Origin: a virus
Lineage: Duplodnaviria > Caudoviricetes
Virus record (IMG/VR): IMGVR_UViG_2916515220_000003
DNA: 64,000 bases
Reading direction: 5' to 3' (one strand)
The position numbers were made by a program, and so were the translations under genes. Shown here piece by piece: positions 17,991 to 31,469 of this stretch (within the stretch, counting starts at the first letter, position 1; every line of letters starts with the position of its first letter). Under the pieces are notes generated by a model. The model did not search any database and was not told the DNA's origin. It worked only from the letters and a program-made list of their open reading frames with translations.

Positions 17991-18343
17991 CCAACGTCGA
18001 GCGAACGGCAAAACCAGGCCGAACGCTTTGCATCAATCCATGTTGCAACAGGACCGCGCCGGCGGATGAGTTCCCCGGCGAGATGATATGCGGCAAGTGC
18101 TTCAAGAGCCTGCCACAGAACGTCCGCAACGATCACCGCTTCTACTGGAAGCAGATCAGGATGTGGCGCCGCCGCATTGCCAAGGCGACCGATGAAATAA
18201 AACTGGTCCGCATGCGCAACCTTCTGAACATGTGGGAGCATCGCCTCGGTGACCATTGGGACGAAGAGATCAAAGCCCGCGTTACAAGCCCGGAGAAGCC
18301 GGAAGGTCTCGATGGCTTTCTTGAGGAGCTTGGGATCGCATGA
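17987..18343 (+). CDS. hypothetical zinc-binding protein
   Basis: CINPCC..ICGKC. Confidence 0.6.
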   Translation: MTNVERTAKPGRTLCINPCCNRTAPADEFPGEMICGKCFKSLPQNVRNDHRFYWKQIRMWRRRIAKATDEIKLVRMRNLLNMWEHRLGDHWDEEIKARVTSPEKPEGLDGFLEELGIA

Positions 18344-18567
18344 CCACCACCGAGCAAGAGCGGGAGAGGGTGGACGACGACCGCGAGCAAGCCTGCACCC
18401 GGTTCCTGGAACCAACCAACGCGGCGTACATCGGCAAGATAAACGACAACGGCGATATCAGGTCAGCTCTGTTTGACGACGAGGGCGAACCTCTCGCGAT
18501 CGGTAGCGAAATCACGCTCCGTCAGGTCGCGATGACAAACGGCTTCGTGGTCGTGTCCAGACATTGA
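18340..18567 (+). CDS. hypothetical protein
   Basis: Coupled ORF. Confidence 0.55.
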   Translation: MTTTEQERERVDDDREQACTRFLEPTNAAYIGKINDNGDIRSALFDDEGEPLAIGSEITLRQVAMTNGFVVVSRH

Positions 18568-18593
18568 CCGTATTCGCCCACAGGAGCCCGCAG

Positions 18594-18848
18594 ATGCGAT
18601 GGATCATCAATCTTGGTCTACTGGCTGCTGTGGTGCTCTTCTCGCTGTGGCGCCCGTCTGACGCAAAGCAGGTCGCATATCTGCCGAGGCTCGACAGACC
18701 GGTGGAAGCGCCCGCCGTCGCCATCCGGCCGAACCGACCATGCATCGTGGATCGAGCACCTGTCGTTATTCAGTGGCAGGTGGTCGACCAGAGCGGAAAG
18801 CGCAAGACTGCAGGGTATCTGGTTATCCAGCGGGGGTGCTTGAGATGA
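18594..18848 (+). CDS. hypothetical membrane-anchored protein
   Basis: N-terminal hydrophobic helix, AGGAG RBS. Confidence 0.5.
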   Translation: MRWIINLGLLAAVVLFSLWRPSDAKQVAYLPRLDRPVEAPAVAIRPNRPCIVDRAPVVIQWQVVDQSGKRKTAGYLVIQRGCLR

Positions 18849-18949
18849 GGATGATCGCCATCGTTTTGCTGCTGGCGCTGGCAGGTTGCGCATCGCCCTT
18901 CGCACAGTGCGGGACCGCGGAATATCTGTCCAATAGCCTGTGCAGGTAG
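18845..18949 (+). CDS. tiny lipoprotein
   Basis: MRMIAIVLLLALAGC lipobox, 34 aa. Confidence 0.5.
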   Translation: MRMIAIVLLLALAGCASPFAQCGTAEYLSNSLCR

Positions 18950-19075
18950 AACATAATTTCAGAAAGTATCCCGATTAGCGGCTTGGTACTTTCGATGCGG
19001 GAACGGTTTTCCAAAACAAGAAAGGCCGATCCGAAAAATCATGAGAAATCAACAGGTCAATCTTGAGAACAGGAC

Positions 19076-19450
19076 ATGACATTCCAACCAGGTCAAAGCG
19101 GCAATCCGGGCGGCCGTCCCAAGACGAAACCGTTCAAGGAATGCCTGATCGTAGAGGCGGAAGCGGCGGCTAACGGAGAAGAGTGCAAAGCCTACAAGGG
19201 TTCTCTCCGGTGGAACGCGCGCCAGTTGCTCGAAAAGGGCGACACCGCAGCAATCAAGGAAATAGCTGACCGCCTCGATGGTAAGGTCACGCAAGGGATC
19301 AGCGGCCCCGATGGCGGGCCTGTCCAGATCGACTTAACAGTGCTTGGGGATGACGAGCTTGACGCATTCGCCCTTCTCTGCCGCAAACTTGCCGGCGTCT
19401 CCAGCGACGATGCTGAGGCTGATACGTCTGGAGAAGGCGAGGAGGGCTAA
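19076..19450 (+). CDS. terminase small subunit (DUF5681 type)
   Basis: FQPGQSGNPGGRPK; DRLDGKVTQ..GPDGGPVQ. Confidence 0.85.
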   Translation: MTFQPGQSGNPGGRPKTKPFKECLIVEAEAAANGEECKAYKGSLRWNARQLLEKGDTAAIKEIADRLDGKVTQGISGPDGGPVQIDLTVLGDDELDAFALLCRKLAGVSSDDAEADTSGEGEEG

Positions 19451-20894
19451 GGAGGCAGAGCGCCAGCGCGTCGAGCGTGACGGCGAACTGATCCGGGAGC
19501 GGTGTTCCACTCTTGCGGGCTTCGTGCGCGAGGCGTGGCACGTTCTGGAGCCTTTGCAGCCATATGTGCATGGATGGCACGTCGACGCGCTGTGCGAGCA
19601 TCTAGAGGCGGTAACTGACGCGCGGATAACCCGGCTGCTGATCAACATCCCGCCGGGGACCATGAAGTCGCTGCTGACGTCGGTTCTATGGCCGGCGTGG
19701 GAATGGGGGCCGAAGGGTCTGCCGGCAATGCGGTATCTGACCACAAGCTACGCTGAGAAGTACGTCAAGCGCGATAGCCGCCGCATGCGTGATCTCATCG
19801 TGTCCGACTGGTTCCAGTCTCTGTGGCCAGAGGTCAAGCTTATCCGTGCTGGTGAGGCATCCTTCGCCAACAACAAGACCGGCTTTCGTGAAGGCATGCC
19901 GTTCGGTTCGCTGACAGGTGGCCGTGGTGATCGGGTGATCATTGACGACCCGCATTCGACAGAGACCGCAGAGAGCGATGCTGAGCGGGAAAGCACGACG
20001 CGCATCTTTCGGGAGGCTGTTCCGACCCGACTGAACAATCCGGCCTCGTCGGCCATCGTGGTTATCATGCAGCGCCTGCACGAAAGTGACGTGTCGGGGC
20101 AGATACTGAAGCTTGGCCTTGGGTATGAGCATCTCATGCTCCCCATGGAGTTTGAGCCAGAGCGTCGGTGCCACACGTCGATCGGGTTTGACGATCCGCG
20201 CACGGAAGAAGGGGAATTGCTTTTCCCTGAGCGTTTTCCGCGCGAGGTTGTCGAGCGTGACAAGATACCGATGGGTTCCTACGCTGTTGCAGGGCAATTG
20301 CAGCAGCGGCCATCCCCTCGATCGGGAGGCATGTTCCAGCGTGGCGACTTTGAGATTGTCGATGCAGTTCCAGCCAATGCGCAACGGTGCAGGGCATGGG
20401 ACTTTGCGGCAAGCAAGGCAAAGCCGGGACGCCAGCCAGACTGGACCGTTGGTCTTGGGATGGCGAAGGTAAACGACACGTTCTACGTCGAGGACGTCAG
20501 GCGCGCGCGGTGGTCGGCATCTGAGGTCAACACGAACCTCAAGAATACTGCCACGCAAGACGGCGCCACGACCCGCATCAGGATGCCTCAAGACCCTGGC
20601 GCGGCCGGTAAAGCTGACGCTGAGACCAAGGTCAAGCTCCTGGCCGGCTTCGATGTTGTCGTGGTGGCCCCAACCGGTGACAAGGCGACCCGCGCGCGCC
20701 CGGCATCTGCTCAGGCGGAAGCGGGCAACGTGAAGCTGGTACGCGGAACGTGGAATGAAGCCTTTCTGGACGAGATATGCACGTTCCCGAACGGACAGTT
20801 CGATGACCAGGTGGACGCCTTTGCCGACGCCTTAAACGAATTGGCGCTCGGTGACGGGTTCGACGCAAACATGTGGAAGAGGCTAGCTGGATAA
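19410..20894 (+). CDS. terminase large subunit
   Basis: INIPPGTMKS, IIDDPH, IMQRLHESD, WDFAAS, DDQVDA. Confidence 0.95.
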   Translation: MLRLIRLEKARRAKEAERQRVERDGELIRERCSTLAGFVREAWHVLEPLQPYVHGWHVDALCEHLEAVTDARITRLLINIPPGTMKSLLTSVLWPAWEWGPKGLPAMRYLTTSYAEKYVKRDSRRMRDLIVSDWFQSLWPEVKLIRAGEASFANNKTGFREGMPFGSLTGGRGDRVIIDDPHSTETAESDAERESTTRIFREAVPTRLNNPASSAIVVIMQRLHESDVSGQILKLGLGYEHLMLPMEFEPERRCHTSIGFDDPRTEEGELLFPERFPREVVERDKIPMGSYAVAGQLQQRPSPRSGGMFQRGDFEIVDAVPANAQRCRAWDFAASKAKPGRQPDWTVGLGMAKVNDTFYVEDVRRARWSASEVNTNLKNTATQDGATTRIRMPQDPGAAGKADAETKVKLLAGFDVVVVAPTGDKATRARPASAQAEAGNVKLVRGTWNEAFLDEICTFPNGQFDDQVDAFADALNELALGDGFDANMWKRLAG

Positions 20895-22375
20895 TGTCGA
20901 GACGCAACAGCAGCCGCATCCAGAAGCGGACCATGACGCCGAATTCCCCGGCGCAGACCCATGACAGTTTTCAGAACTTCATGGCGCGGACAGGAATCGG
21001 TACGGACAATATGTCCACCGGTTCGAGCTATGGGTTCAACCCGATCAGCCGCGACCGCGTGCGTCTCGAATGGATGTACCGCGGTTCCTGGCTGGTGGGT
21101 AAGGCGGTCGACGTTGTTGCCGAGGACATGACCCGTGAAGGCGTGGACATCAACGGCGATATCAGCCCGGATCACATCGAGGAGTTCCACGTCGGTCTGC
21201 ATAACCTGCAGATATGGCAGAACCTGAACGACACCATCAAGTGGGCTCGTCTCTATGGTGGCGCCGTCGCTATCATGCTGATCGAGGGGCAGGACGTTTC
21301 CACGCCACTCCGTCGCGACACGATCACGAAGGGCTCATTCAAGGGTCTGCTGGTTCTCGACCGGTGGATGGTACAGCCCTCGCTCAACCAGCCGGTGACA
21401 GAGTACGGCCCGTACCTCGGCCAGCCAGAGTTCTACACCGTCAATCAGAACGCCCCGGCGCTGATCAACAAGAAGGTGCATTACTCGCGGGTCATCCGCA
21501 TCGAGGGATACGAACTGCCGTTCCAGCAGAAACTGACGGAGAACGGCTGGGGTATCTCGGTTGTCGAGCGGCTCTATGATCGACTGGTGGGATTTGACAG
21601 CGCAACGCAGGGTGCCGCCCAGCTTGTCTACAAGGCGCATCTGCGGACGGTGAAGGTCAAGGATCTCCGCAAGATCATTGCGGCCGGCGGCCCAGCGCTT
21701 GAGGGCTTAGTCAAGCAGGTCGACATGATCCGCAAATACCAGTCCAACGAAGGGCTGACGTTGCTTGACGGAGACGACGAGTTCCAGGCCGACAGTTACA
21801 CCTTCTCCGGTCTGGATGCGGTTTTGCTCCAGTTCGGTCAGCAACTGTCCGGTGCGATCGACATTCCTCTGGTTCGCCTCTTCGGGCAGTCGCCGGCTGG
21901 CATGAACGCCACGGGCGAGAGCGATCTGCGGAATTATTACGATAGCGTCAAGGCCCAGCAGGAGCGCCGCCTGAAGCTGCCCCTGACGATCCTGTTCGAC
22001 GTGATGCATCGATCGCTTTTCGGTGAGGAACCGGCCAAGAACTTTTCGTTCAAGTTCAACCCGCTTTGGCAGATGAGCGAGAAGGAAAAGGCAGAGGTCG
22101 CGGAATCGGTCGAGCGGTCAACATCGTCGGCTTATGCTGAGGGACTGATCGGCAAGGCTACCGCGCTCAAGACGCTTCGCCAGTCGGCGGAAGTCACGGG
22201 CATCTTCTCGGCCATCCCTGATGAGGAAATCAAGGCTGCGGAGGAAGATGACGCAAACCCTCCCGTCCCAGACCTTGAGGGCCTGACGGGCCAGGACGAG
22301 TCGGAAGACGAAAGCGTGTCCGAGGTGAAGCCAGAGCCCAAGCCACTCGCGGCCATTGTAGGCGGGAAGACGTGA
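20894..22375 (+). CDS. portal protein (DUF1073 family)
   Basis: YRGSWLVGKAVDVVAEDMTREG, ARLYGGA, IPLVRLFGQSPAGMNATGESDLRNYYD. Confidence 0.9.
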   Translation: MSRRNSSRIQKRTMTPNSPAQTHDSFQNFMARTGIGTDNMSTGSSYGFNPISRDRVRLEWMYRGSWLVGKAVDVVAEDMTREGVDINGDISPDHIEEFHVGLHNLQIWQNLNDTIKWARLYGGAVAIMLIEGQDVSTPLRRDTITKGSFKGLLVLDRWMVQPSLNQPVTEYGPYLGQPEFYTVNQNAPALINKKVHYSRVIRIEGYELPFQQKLTENGWGISVVERLYDRLVGFDSATQGAAQLVYKAHLRTVKVKDLRKIIAAGGPALEGLVKQVDMIRKYQSNEGLTLLDGDDEFQADSYTFSGLDAVLLQFGQQLSGAIDIPLVRLFGQSPAGMNATGESDLRNYYDSVKAQQERRLKLPLTILFDVMHRSLFGEEPAKNFSFKFNPLWQMSEKEKAEVAESVERSTSSAYAEGLIGKATALKTLRQSAEVTGIFSAIPDEEIKAAEEDDANPPVPDLEGLTGQDESEDESVSEVKPEPKPLAAIVGGKT

Positions 22376-23104
22376 AGACCTTCGATAAGGCCGGAGACAG
22401 GAAAAGCCGCTCGGCATTCATCCGGGCCAAGAAGGCAGAAGCCCGATACGCGATCCAGCTTCGCAAGATCGCGCGGGTCATCGGGGATATAGCCAGTGGC
22501 TACACTGTTGGTGATCCATCGTCGGCAAGCAAGATTGAGCAAGCCCTTCGCCGGTACAGCAACGTCATCGGCGGATGGGCGGAGACTACGGCCCTTCGGA
22601 TGCTGGAAGACGTCGCCAGCCGCGATAGAGCGGCGTGGATGGAGGTTTCACGCCGGATAGGCCAAGGCATCGCCAAGGAGATCGAAAGCGCTCCCACCGG
22701 CGCTGTGATGCGGGAACGGCTGCAGGATCAGGTCAAGCTCATCAAGTCGTTGCCGGAAGAGGCGGCGGATCGGGTGAGGGAGATATCGACCAAGGCATTT
22801 ACCGAGGGCAAGCGTCCTCAGTATGTGGCCGAGGAGATCATGCGCAGCGGTGACGTTGCCAAGAGCCGCGCCAACACGATTGCCCGAACCGAGGTAAGCC
22901 GGACAGGAACGGAACTGACGAGGGCGAGAGCCGAATATGTCGGGTCTGAGGGGTATATTTGGAGAACGGCAGAAGATGAGGACGTGCGACATTCCCACGA
23001 GGAGATGAATGGCAAATTCGTCAGATGGGATTCGCCGCCGACCTTGGACGGAATGAAAGGGCATGCAGGGCAGTTTCCAAACTGCAGATGCTACCCGGAA
23101 CCTG

Positions 23105-25170
<2,066 letters not shown>

Positions 25171-25191
25171 CCCCTCCCAAGGAGATAATCC

Positions 25192-25692
25192 ATGGTGTCT
25201 TACCTGACCCGCATGCCAGCCGGTATCGCTGGCGTTCTCACCCGTACCGAGCATGCAACGGTTGAACCGGGCCTCTACTCGGCTTCTGCCCCGTTCTCGG
25301 CCTTCGGCCTTGCTGCAAAGCTCTCCAGCGGCTCCTACGTGCCGTTCTCGGGCGGTGAGGCGGCTACTGCCCTTGCGGCCATCAACGTGAAGCCTTTCCC
25401 TTACCAGTCGCCCAGCACGGCCAGTGACGCTCTCGGCGTTGCAACCCCGTCCCAGACCGGTGGGATCGGCTCGTTCCTCAAGCGCGGCTACATGACCATT
25501 CTGCTCAACGGCGGCGCGACCGTCGCAAAGGGCGGACAGGTTTACATCCGCGTTGCAAACGCTGCTGCTGGCAAGCCCATCGGCGGATTCGAAGGTGCTG
25601 CGGACTCCACCAACACCGTTGCTCCTGCCGGCCTCACCTTCATGGGTCCGGCCGACGCAAACGGAAACGTGGAAATCGCCTACAATATCTGA
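25192..25692 (+). CDS. head decoration/cement protein
   Basis: RMPAGIAG..LKRGYM..GGQVYIRV; precedes capsid. Confidence 0.75.
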   Translation: MVSYLTRMPAGIAGVLTRTEHATVEPGLYSASAPFSAFGLAAKLSSGSYVPFSGGEAATALAAINVKPFPYQSPSTASDALGVATPSQTGGIGSFLKRGYMTILLNGGATVAKGGQVYIRVANAAAGKPIGGFEGAADSTNTVAPAGLTFMGPADANGNVEIAYNI

Positions 25693-25765
25693 TCCCAGCG
25701 GCGGTAGCCCCGCCGTCATCCCCACCATCTGAGGCGGCGCTGCCGTCGTTCATTCGGAGAAACAC

Positions 25766-26802
25766 ATGTTCCATCCTCGCAACATCGTGGGCAGCACCGC
25801 ACTTACCTCGCCGGTGACCCTGCGCGCAAAGACCCGCGACAATTTCACGACTTTCGACCGGGCAACCATCGACTCTGCCGGCGCCTTCCTCGTTGGCGAG
25901 CTTGAGCGTCTCGACCAGACCCTGAACCAGCCGCTGGTCAATTACACATGGTCGCGCGATATCGACCTGCGTGAAGACGTCCAGATCGGTGACGAGCTTG
26001 CTTCGTTCACCAACAGCTCGTTCGCGGCACCTGGTGGCATCACCCCGACCGGCAAGAACTGGATCAGCAAGAGCGCGAATGCGATCTCCACCATCCAGAT
26101 CGACATCGGCAAGACCCCCAGCCTCTGCACCTCTGGGGCATGGAACTTTCCTGGACCATCCCGGAGCTCGAAAGCGCCGCCCAGCTTGGCCGTCCGGTCG
26201 ACACGCAGAAATACGATGCCATGACCCTCAAGTGGAACATGGACATCGATGAGCAGGTCTACATCGGTGACAGTACCCTGCCTTCCTGCTACGGCCTCTG
26301 CAACCTTGCATCGGTCACCCCGACGAACGCCCCCAACGGCGCCGGCGGTTCTCCGCTCTGGATCAACAAGACCCCGGCAGAAATCCTGAAGGACGTTAAC
26401 ACCGTCCTCAACGCAGCATGGGCAGCGTCCGGCTATGCCGTGGCGCCGAGCGATCTGCGCATTCCCCCGGCTCAGTTCGGCTATCTTGCCTCGCAGACGG
26501 TTTCCACGGCCGGCAACGTGTCGATCCTGGAATACCTGAAGCAGAACTGCATCTCCAACACGGTCAACGGCCAGCCGCTGAACATTCAGCCGCTGAAATG
26601 GCTGACCGGTCGCGGCGCAGGCAGCACAGACCGCATGCTGGCGTACTCCAAGGATCCGAAGTACGTCCGGTTCCCGCTGGTGCCGATGCAGCGCACGCCG
26701 GTTGAATACCGCTCGCTCTACCAGATCACGACTTACTTCGGCCGTATCGGGCAGGTCGAGGCGCGTTATCAGGAGACGCTCGGCTATATGGACGGAATCT
26801 GA
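25766..26802 (+). CDS. major capsid protein (DUF2184; apparent 1-nt frameshift at C-run 26115-26119)
   Basis: GAFLVGELERLDQ.. joins MELSWTIPELE..; one extra C gives GKTPQPLHLWGMEL. Confidence 0.9.
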
Positions 26803-26869
26803 CGCCCAGCCATCGAGCGGGCGGGGATAACCACTTTCCCGCCCAATCCCATTACAAGGAGAAATAACG

Positions 26870-27325
26870 ATGGCAAAGATCAAAGTCGCCAAGCCGTTCA
26901 AGCTCACGCTGGACAGCGGCGAGATCAAGGTGTTCGACATTGGCGAGCATGATGTGAACAAGGAAGTTTCCGACCACTGGTTCACGAAGGCCCATCTGGA
27001 AGGATACGAGCCTCCTGCGCCGCCGGAAGGCAGCCATGAGTGGATGGTTCAGGCCTCGGAAGAGCGCCGCGCTGCCGCCGCACAGGCTCAGACGGAAGCA
27101 GAGGAGCTTGCCGCCGCACAGTTGGCCGCACAGAACGAAGCTGTTCGCCAAAGCCAGGAAGCCATCCGCATGGCGCAGATGAAGGCCGCGGAACAGGCTG
27201 AAGTCGCAGCGGCTAAAGGCGGGGACGTCCCGAACAAGAAAGCTGACGCCGACCTGCCGAACCCATTGGCCTCCAAGCCAAAGACTGGCGGTGCAAAGGC
27301 GAAGGCCGCGGAACAGGCTGAATAA
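26870..27325 (+). CDS. phage head-associated protein (STY1053-like)
   Basis: KVAKPFKLT..GEHDV..DHWFTKAH. Confidence 0.65.
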   Translation: MAKIKVAKPFKLTLDSGEIKVFDIGEHDVNKEVSDHWFTKAHLEGYEPPAPPEGSHEWMVQASEERRAAAAQAQTEAEELAAAQLAAQNEAVRQSQEAIRMAQMKAAEQAEVAAAKGGDVPNKKADADLPNPLASKPKTGGAKAKAAEQAE

Positions 27326-27328
27326 CCC

Positions 27329-27715
27329 ATGGCTGACGCCGCTGGCTTCCGAACCGCGTTCCCTGAATTTGCTGACACCAATGCCTATCCCGACGCCACG
27401 GTCAATCTGTGGCTGGGATATGCTCAAAATCTTGTCAACCTTGATCGATGGGGAACGCTCTACGACCTCGGCGTCTATCTGCTGACGGCGCATAACCTTG
27501 TAATCTGGAAGAAGGATAGCAAGGCGGCGGCGGCCGGCGGCATTCCCGGTTCGTCCTCTGGCGTTCAGTCATCGAAATCGGTTGATGGGGTTTCCGTCAG
27601 CTACGACACCACTGTCGCCACAGTCGAGGGCGCCGGCAATCTCAATCTCACGACCTACGGCACGCGTTTCGCTGATCTGCGAGACATGTTCGGTGCTGGC
27701 GGTTTCCAGCTTTAA
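27329..27715 (+). CDS. head-tail adaptor (DUF4054)
   Basis: FRTAFPEFAD..YPD, LLTAH, SVDGVSVSY, TTYGTRF. Confidence 0.85.
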   Translation: MADAAGFRTAFPEFADTNAYPDATVNLWLGYAQNLVNLDRWGTLYDLGVYLLTAHNLVIWKKDSKAAAAGGIPGSSSGVQSSKSVDGVSVSYDTTVATVEGAGNLNLTTYGTRFADLRDMFGAGGFQL

Positions 27716-27726
27716 CGGAGATCAAC

Positions 27727-28041
27727 ATGGCTCTCTCTGGAGTGCATTTTGAATGGCGCCAGCAACTGAAGGGCAGCGCGAATGGTGCTCCGGTCCTTGG
27801 GCTTTTGCAGTCCGCAGAGACCCTCGCTACCGAGGGGACGACAACCACGCAAGCGCCTGCCAGTGACAATGCTTCGAGCCCGCTCTGCAACGTCATCGCG
27901 TCGGCCGATTGCTGGGTGACCTTCGGCGCTACCCCCGCAGACCCGTCATCCACGACTGCTGCGCGTTCCTTTGTTGCGGCTTCCACGCCAACACCGTTCT
28001 TCGTCAACGCAAAAGACAAAGCGCGCTGGGTTGCCGCCTGA
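27727..28041 (+). CDS. hypothetical structural protein
   Basis: ORF with GGAG RBS in neck module. Confidence 0.6.
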   Translation: MALSGVHFEWRQQLKGSANGAPVLGLLQSAETLATEGTTTTQAPASDNASSPLCNVIASADCWVTFGATPADPSSTTAARSFVAASTPTPFFVNAKDKARWVAA

Positions 28042-28550
28042 TGGTCAACAGGCTTGGCCTCACCGTTCAGAAGGATTTGGTCGACAAGGTTCTATCGGAC
28101 ATCAAGGCCCTGACGAAGAAAGAAGTTCTCGTCGGGGTTCCGATGGATAAAGCCGACCGGCCGCCGGACGACGGGGAGAAATCGCCGCTGACGAATGCCG
28201 AGATCGGCTACCTGATGGAAACCGGGGTGCCTGAGAAGAACATTCCTCAGCGCGCGTTCCTTGTGCCAGGCATCGAGAACGCAAAACCCGATATCGGCAA
28301 GACGATGGAGGCCGGCGCTATCAAGTCGCTCACGGGTGACGCAGAAGCCGCCGACAAGACGCTGCACAAGGTCGGGCTTATCGGTCAGGCGGCTGTGCAG
28401 AAGAAAATCACCGATGGTCCTTTCGATCCTCTCGCCCCAGCCACATTGGCTAAGCGCAAGGCAAAGGGTCGTACTGGTGAAAAGCCGCTGATTGATACCG
28501 GTTCTCTTCGACAGAGCATTTCTTACGCGGTTCGTCCGAAAGGTGAGTGA
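28041..28550 (+). CDS. neck/tail completion protein
   Basis: VLVGVP, NIPQRAFL.PG, KPLIDTGSLRQSISY. Confidence 0.8.
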   Translation: MVNRLGLTVQKDLVDKVLSDIKALTKKEVLVGVPMDKADRPPDDGEKSPLTNAEIGYLMETGVPEKNIPQRAFLVPGIENAKPDIGKTMEAGAIKSLTGDAEAADKTLHKVGLIGQAAVQKKITDGPFDPLAPATLAKRKAKGRTGEKPLIDTGSLRQSISYAVRPKGE

Positions 28551-28935
28551 CCATGGCAACGCTTGACGTCACCGAAATCCTGTCCGACCCGGACTTCTGC
28601 GACACGGTCACGATCACCCGCAAGACCGAGACAATCGGATCGAACGGTCGACCCGTGATCACGACGGAGACGTTCACCAACGTCGTTGCTGTCGTCACAG
28701 CGGGCCAAGGAGACATGCTGAAGCGGTTTCCTGAACTGACGAGGGTAGAGGGGCAGTGATGGTCCATACGACCTTCAGGCTCGTTGCCGCGACACAAACG
28801 ACGCAGGCGGATGAAATGGCGTGGAACAGCGTCAACTATCGCCTGACCGCGCTGAACGACTGGACGAACTTCGGGGCGGGCTTCGTCTCGGCAATCTTCA
28901 CGATGACCGATCTGCTTGAGGCTTCCCCGACATGA
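28547..28935 (+). CDS. head-closure protein (apparent 1-nt frameshift at G-run 28750-28753)
   Basis: LDVTEILSDPDFCD.. continues VMVHTTFRL..ADEMAWNS..DWTNFGAGF in next frame. Confidence 0.7.
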
Positions 28936-29513
28936 ACACGTCAGCAACGGGCGGATATCTCCAGCCCACGTCAACAGGACCGGCGCAGGATGCCGAGCTT
29001 GAAGACCAGATACAGGCGGCAATCGTCGGGATTACGGGGCTTGCCTGCTCTCTGGTTCGCCCTCGGTGGCAACAGAACCCGCCAAAGCCGCCCGCGATCA
29101 ACGTCAACTGGTGCGCTTTCGGGATCACTCGTCAGCGCTCGGACAATTTCAACGCTGTGCGCCACTTGGGCGACGGCGATGGCAGCGATCAATCGATCAC
29201 ACACGAAACGATTGAGTTGCTCGTTTCCTTCTACGGGCCAGCAGGGCAGGCGTACGCCTCAGCCTTCAAGGACGGCCTTCAGATACCGCAGAACATGGAA
29301 GTGCTCCAATCGCAGGGAATGGCCTTCTACGAGGCCAGAGACACGATTGCAGCGCCAGAACTCATCAGCACGCAGTGGATGCGCCGTTTCGACGTGCCGT
29401 TCACGCTGAGACGACAGATCACGAGGACTTATCCGGTTCTCAATCTGCTCGGGGCCGATGGCTCCATTCAATCCGAAACCAATTCCGAAAACTGGACCGC
29501 ACAGGAGCGATAG
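28932..29513 (+). CDS. tail terminator / neck protein
   Basis: TSATGGYL, LVRPRWQ..PP, WCAFGI, SFYGP. Confidence 0.75.
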   Translation: MNTSATGGYLQPTSTGPAQDAELEDQIQAAIVGITGLACSLVRPRWQQNPPKPPAINVNWCAFGITRQRSDNFNAVRHLGDGDGSDQSITHETIELLVSFYGPAGQAYASAFKDGLQIPQNMEVLQSQGMAFYEARDTIAAPELISTQWMRRFDVPFTLRRQITRTYPVLNLLGADGSIQSETNSENWTAQER

Positions 29514-29516
29514 CCA

Positions 29517-31001
29517 ATGGCGACAGGTCTCAATGTCAACAACGTGGTGAACGTCTCGGTAAACCTGAGCCCCATCGCCGCGGCTGCACGTAATTTCGGC
29601 GCGCTCCTGATCCTCGGATCCAGCGACGTCATCGACACCGGACAGAGGATGCGGACCTATTCCGACCTCGACGGCGTGGCATCTGATTTCGGGACGACCG
29701 CCCCGGAATATCTGGCCGCCAATCTGTTCTTCTCGCAGAGCCCCCAGCCCGCAATCCTCTACGTGGGCCGCTGGGCACAGACCGCCACGAAGGGGACGCT
29801 GAACGGTGGCGTCCTGACGGCTTCCGAGCAGCTTATGTCTGCATGGACCTCGATCACCACTGGGTCCATGAAAATCGACATCGACGGCGCGACCAAAACG
29901 CTGTCTGCCTTGAACTTCTCGTCCGAGACGAACCTCAACGGCGTTGCCTCCGTCATCGACACAGCGCTGACCGGAGCAACCGTCACATGGGATGCTGCCA
30001 ATGGTCGTTTTGTCGTCAAGTCTGACACGACCGGCGTAACGTCGACCGTTGGATACGCCACAGCAACCGGCTCGGGAACGGACATTTCCGCGCAGCTGAA
30101 GCTCACCACCGGTCTGGCTTCTGCCCCGGTAGGAGGCATTGCTGCCGAAACACTGGTATCTGCCCTGACGACCTTTGCCGACATGTCCAACGACTGGTAC
30201 GGCGTCACGGTGGCAACTGCGACCGCCCCGAACGATGCCGCCTATCTTGCCGCCGCTGCCTTCATCGAGGGTGCTGCGGTGTCGCATATCCTGGGCATCA
30301 CGATCACCAACACGCAGGCGCTGGACTCGACTGTCGTGAACGACCTGCCGGCGCTGCTGAAAACGGCGAACTATAAGCGCACTGTGACGCAGTATTCGTC
30401 CTCGTCACCTTACGCCGTGGCATCGCTGCTCGGTCGCGCCTTCACGGTCGACTTCACGGCGAACAACAGCACGATCACGCTGAAGTTCAAGCAGGAGCCG
30501 GGTGTATCGGCCGAAAAGCTGACGCAGACGCAGGCGAACGCTCTCAAGGGCAAGAACTGCAACGTCTTCGTCGCCTATGCCAATGCAACGGCAATCATTC
30601 AGGAAGGCGTGATGGCCAACGGGTACTTCTTCGATGAAGTGCACGGCACAGACTGGTTGCAGAACGAAGTCCAGAACAACGTCTACAATCTGCTCTACCA
30701 GTCGACCACGAAGATCCCACAGACAGACGCAGGCGTGAACATGATCGTCAACGTGATCGAGTCCACGATGGACGAGGCGGTCAACAACGGTCTGGTCGCT
30801 CCCGGCGTCTGGAATGCTGGTGGATTCGGTGAACTGAGCCAGGGCGATACGCTCACCAAGGGTTACTACGTCTATGCGCCGAAGGTTGCGACCCAGACGC
30901 AGGCAGCGCGTGAAACTCGCGTTGCTCCGACAATCCAGGTTGCAGCAAAACTCGCCGGCGCCGTCCACAAGGTAAACGTGATTATCAACGTCAACCGGTA
31001 A
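29517..31001 (+). CDS. tail sheath protein (DUF3383)
   Basis: [47 protein letters not shown]. Confidence 0.9.
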   Translation: MATGLNVNNVVNVSVNLSPIAAAARNFGALLILGSSDVIDTGQRMRTYSDLDGVASDFGTTAPEYLAANLFFSQSPQPAILYVGRWAQTATKGTLNGGVLTASEQLMSAWTSITTGSMKIDIDGATKTLSALNFSSETNLNGVASVIDTALTGATVTWDAANGRFVVKSDTTGVTSTVGYATATGSGTDISAQLKLTTGLASAPVGGIAAETLVSALTTFADMSNDWYGVTVATATAPNDAAYLAAAAFIEGAAVSHILGITITNTQALDSTVVNDLPALLKTANYKRTVTQYSSSSPYAVASLLGRAFTVDFTANNSTITLKFKQEPGVSAEKLTQTQANALKGKNCNVFVAYANATAIIQEGVMANGYFFDEVHGTDWLQNEVQNNVYNLLYQSTTKIPQTDAGVNMIVNVIESTMDEAVNNGLVAPGVWNAGGFGELSQGDTLTKGYYVYAPKVATQTQAARETRVAPTIQVAAKLAGAVHKVNVIINVNR

Positions 31002-31025
31002 TCGGTTGCTTTGAAAGGATAAAAC

Positions 31026-31469
31026 ATGGCAACGTATTCCTTCTTGGACGTGACGGCCTCGATTGCCGGCCCCGGTGGAAACTTCTCTCTCGGCAATGGC
31101 TCCGGCAACTCCGAGGAAGGCATCACCATCACGATGACCGAAGACAAGAACACCATGACGATCGGCGCCGACGGTAGTGCAATGCACTCCCTTCACGCCG
31201 GTAAGTCTGGAACCGTCTCGGTCCGGCTGCTGAAAACCAGCCCAGTCAACAAGCAGTTGATGACGCTCTACAATTACCAGACCACGTCATCGGCGCTTCA
31301 CGGTCGCAACACCATCACGATCCGCGACACGGCCCGTGGTGACAGCATCACGGCAGCAATCTGCGCTTTCGCCAAGGCTCCAGACCTGACCTACGCCAAG
31401 GACGGCAACACCGTCGAATGGTCATGGCAGGCTGGCAAGATCGACCAGATTTTGGGTGAGGGCGTCTAA
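31026..31469 (+). CDS. tail tube protein (DUF3277)
   Basis: TYSFLDV, EEGITI, IGADG..MHSL, LLKTSPVN. Confidence 0.9.
   Translation: MATYSFLDVTASIAGPGGNFSLGNGSGNSEEGITITMTEDKNTMTIGADGSAMHSLHAGKSGTVSVRLLKTSPVNKQLMTLYNYQTTSSALHGRNTITIRDTARGDSITAAICAFAKAPDLTYAKDGNTVEWSWQAGKIDQILGEGV

Noticed and set aside
20894-22375. DUF1073 protein as an anti-CBASS (Acb1) nuclease
   Set aside because: Position and motifs are those of a portal; no HxT/HxS phosphoesterase extension seen
25766-26802. Capsid and other split genes as true pseudogenes or programmed frameshifts
   Set aside because: The uniform single-base loss in short homopolymer runs across both elements points to sequencing error
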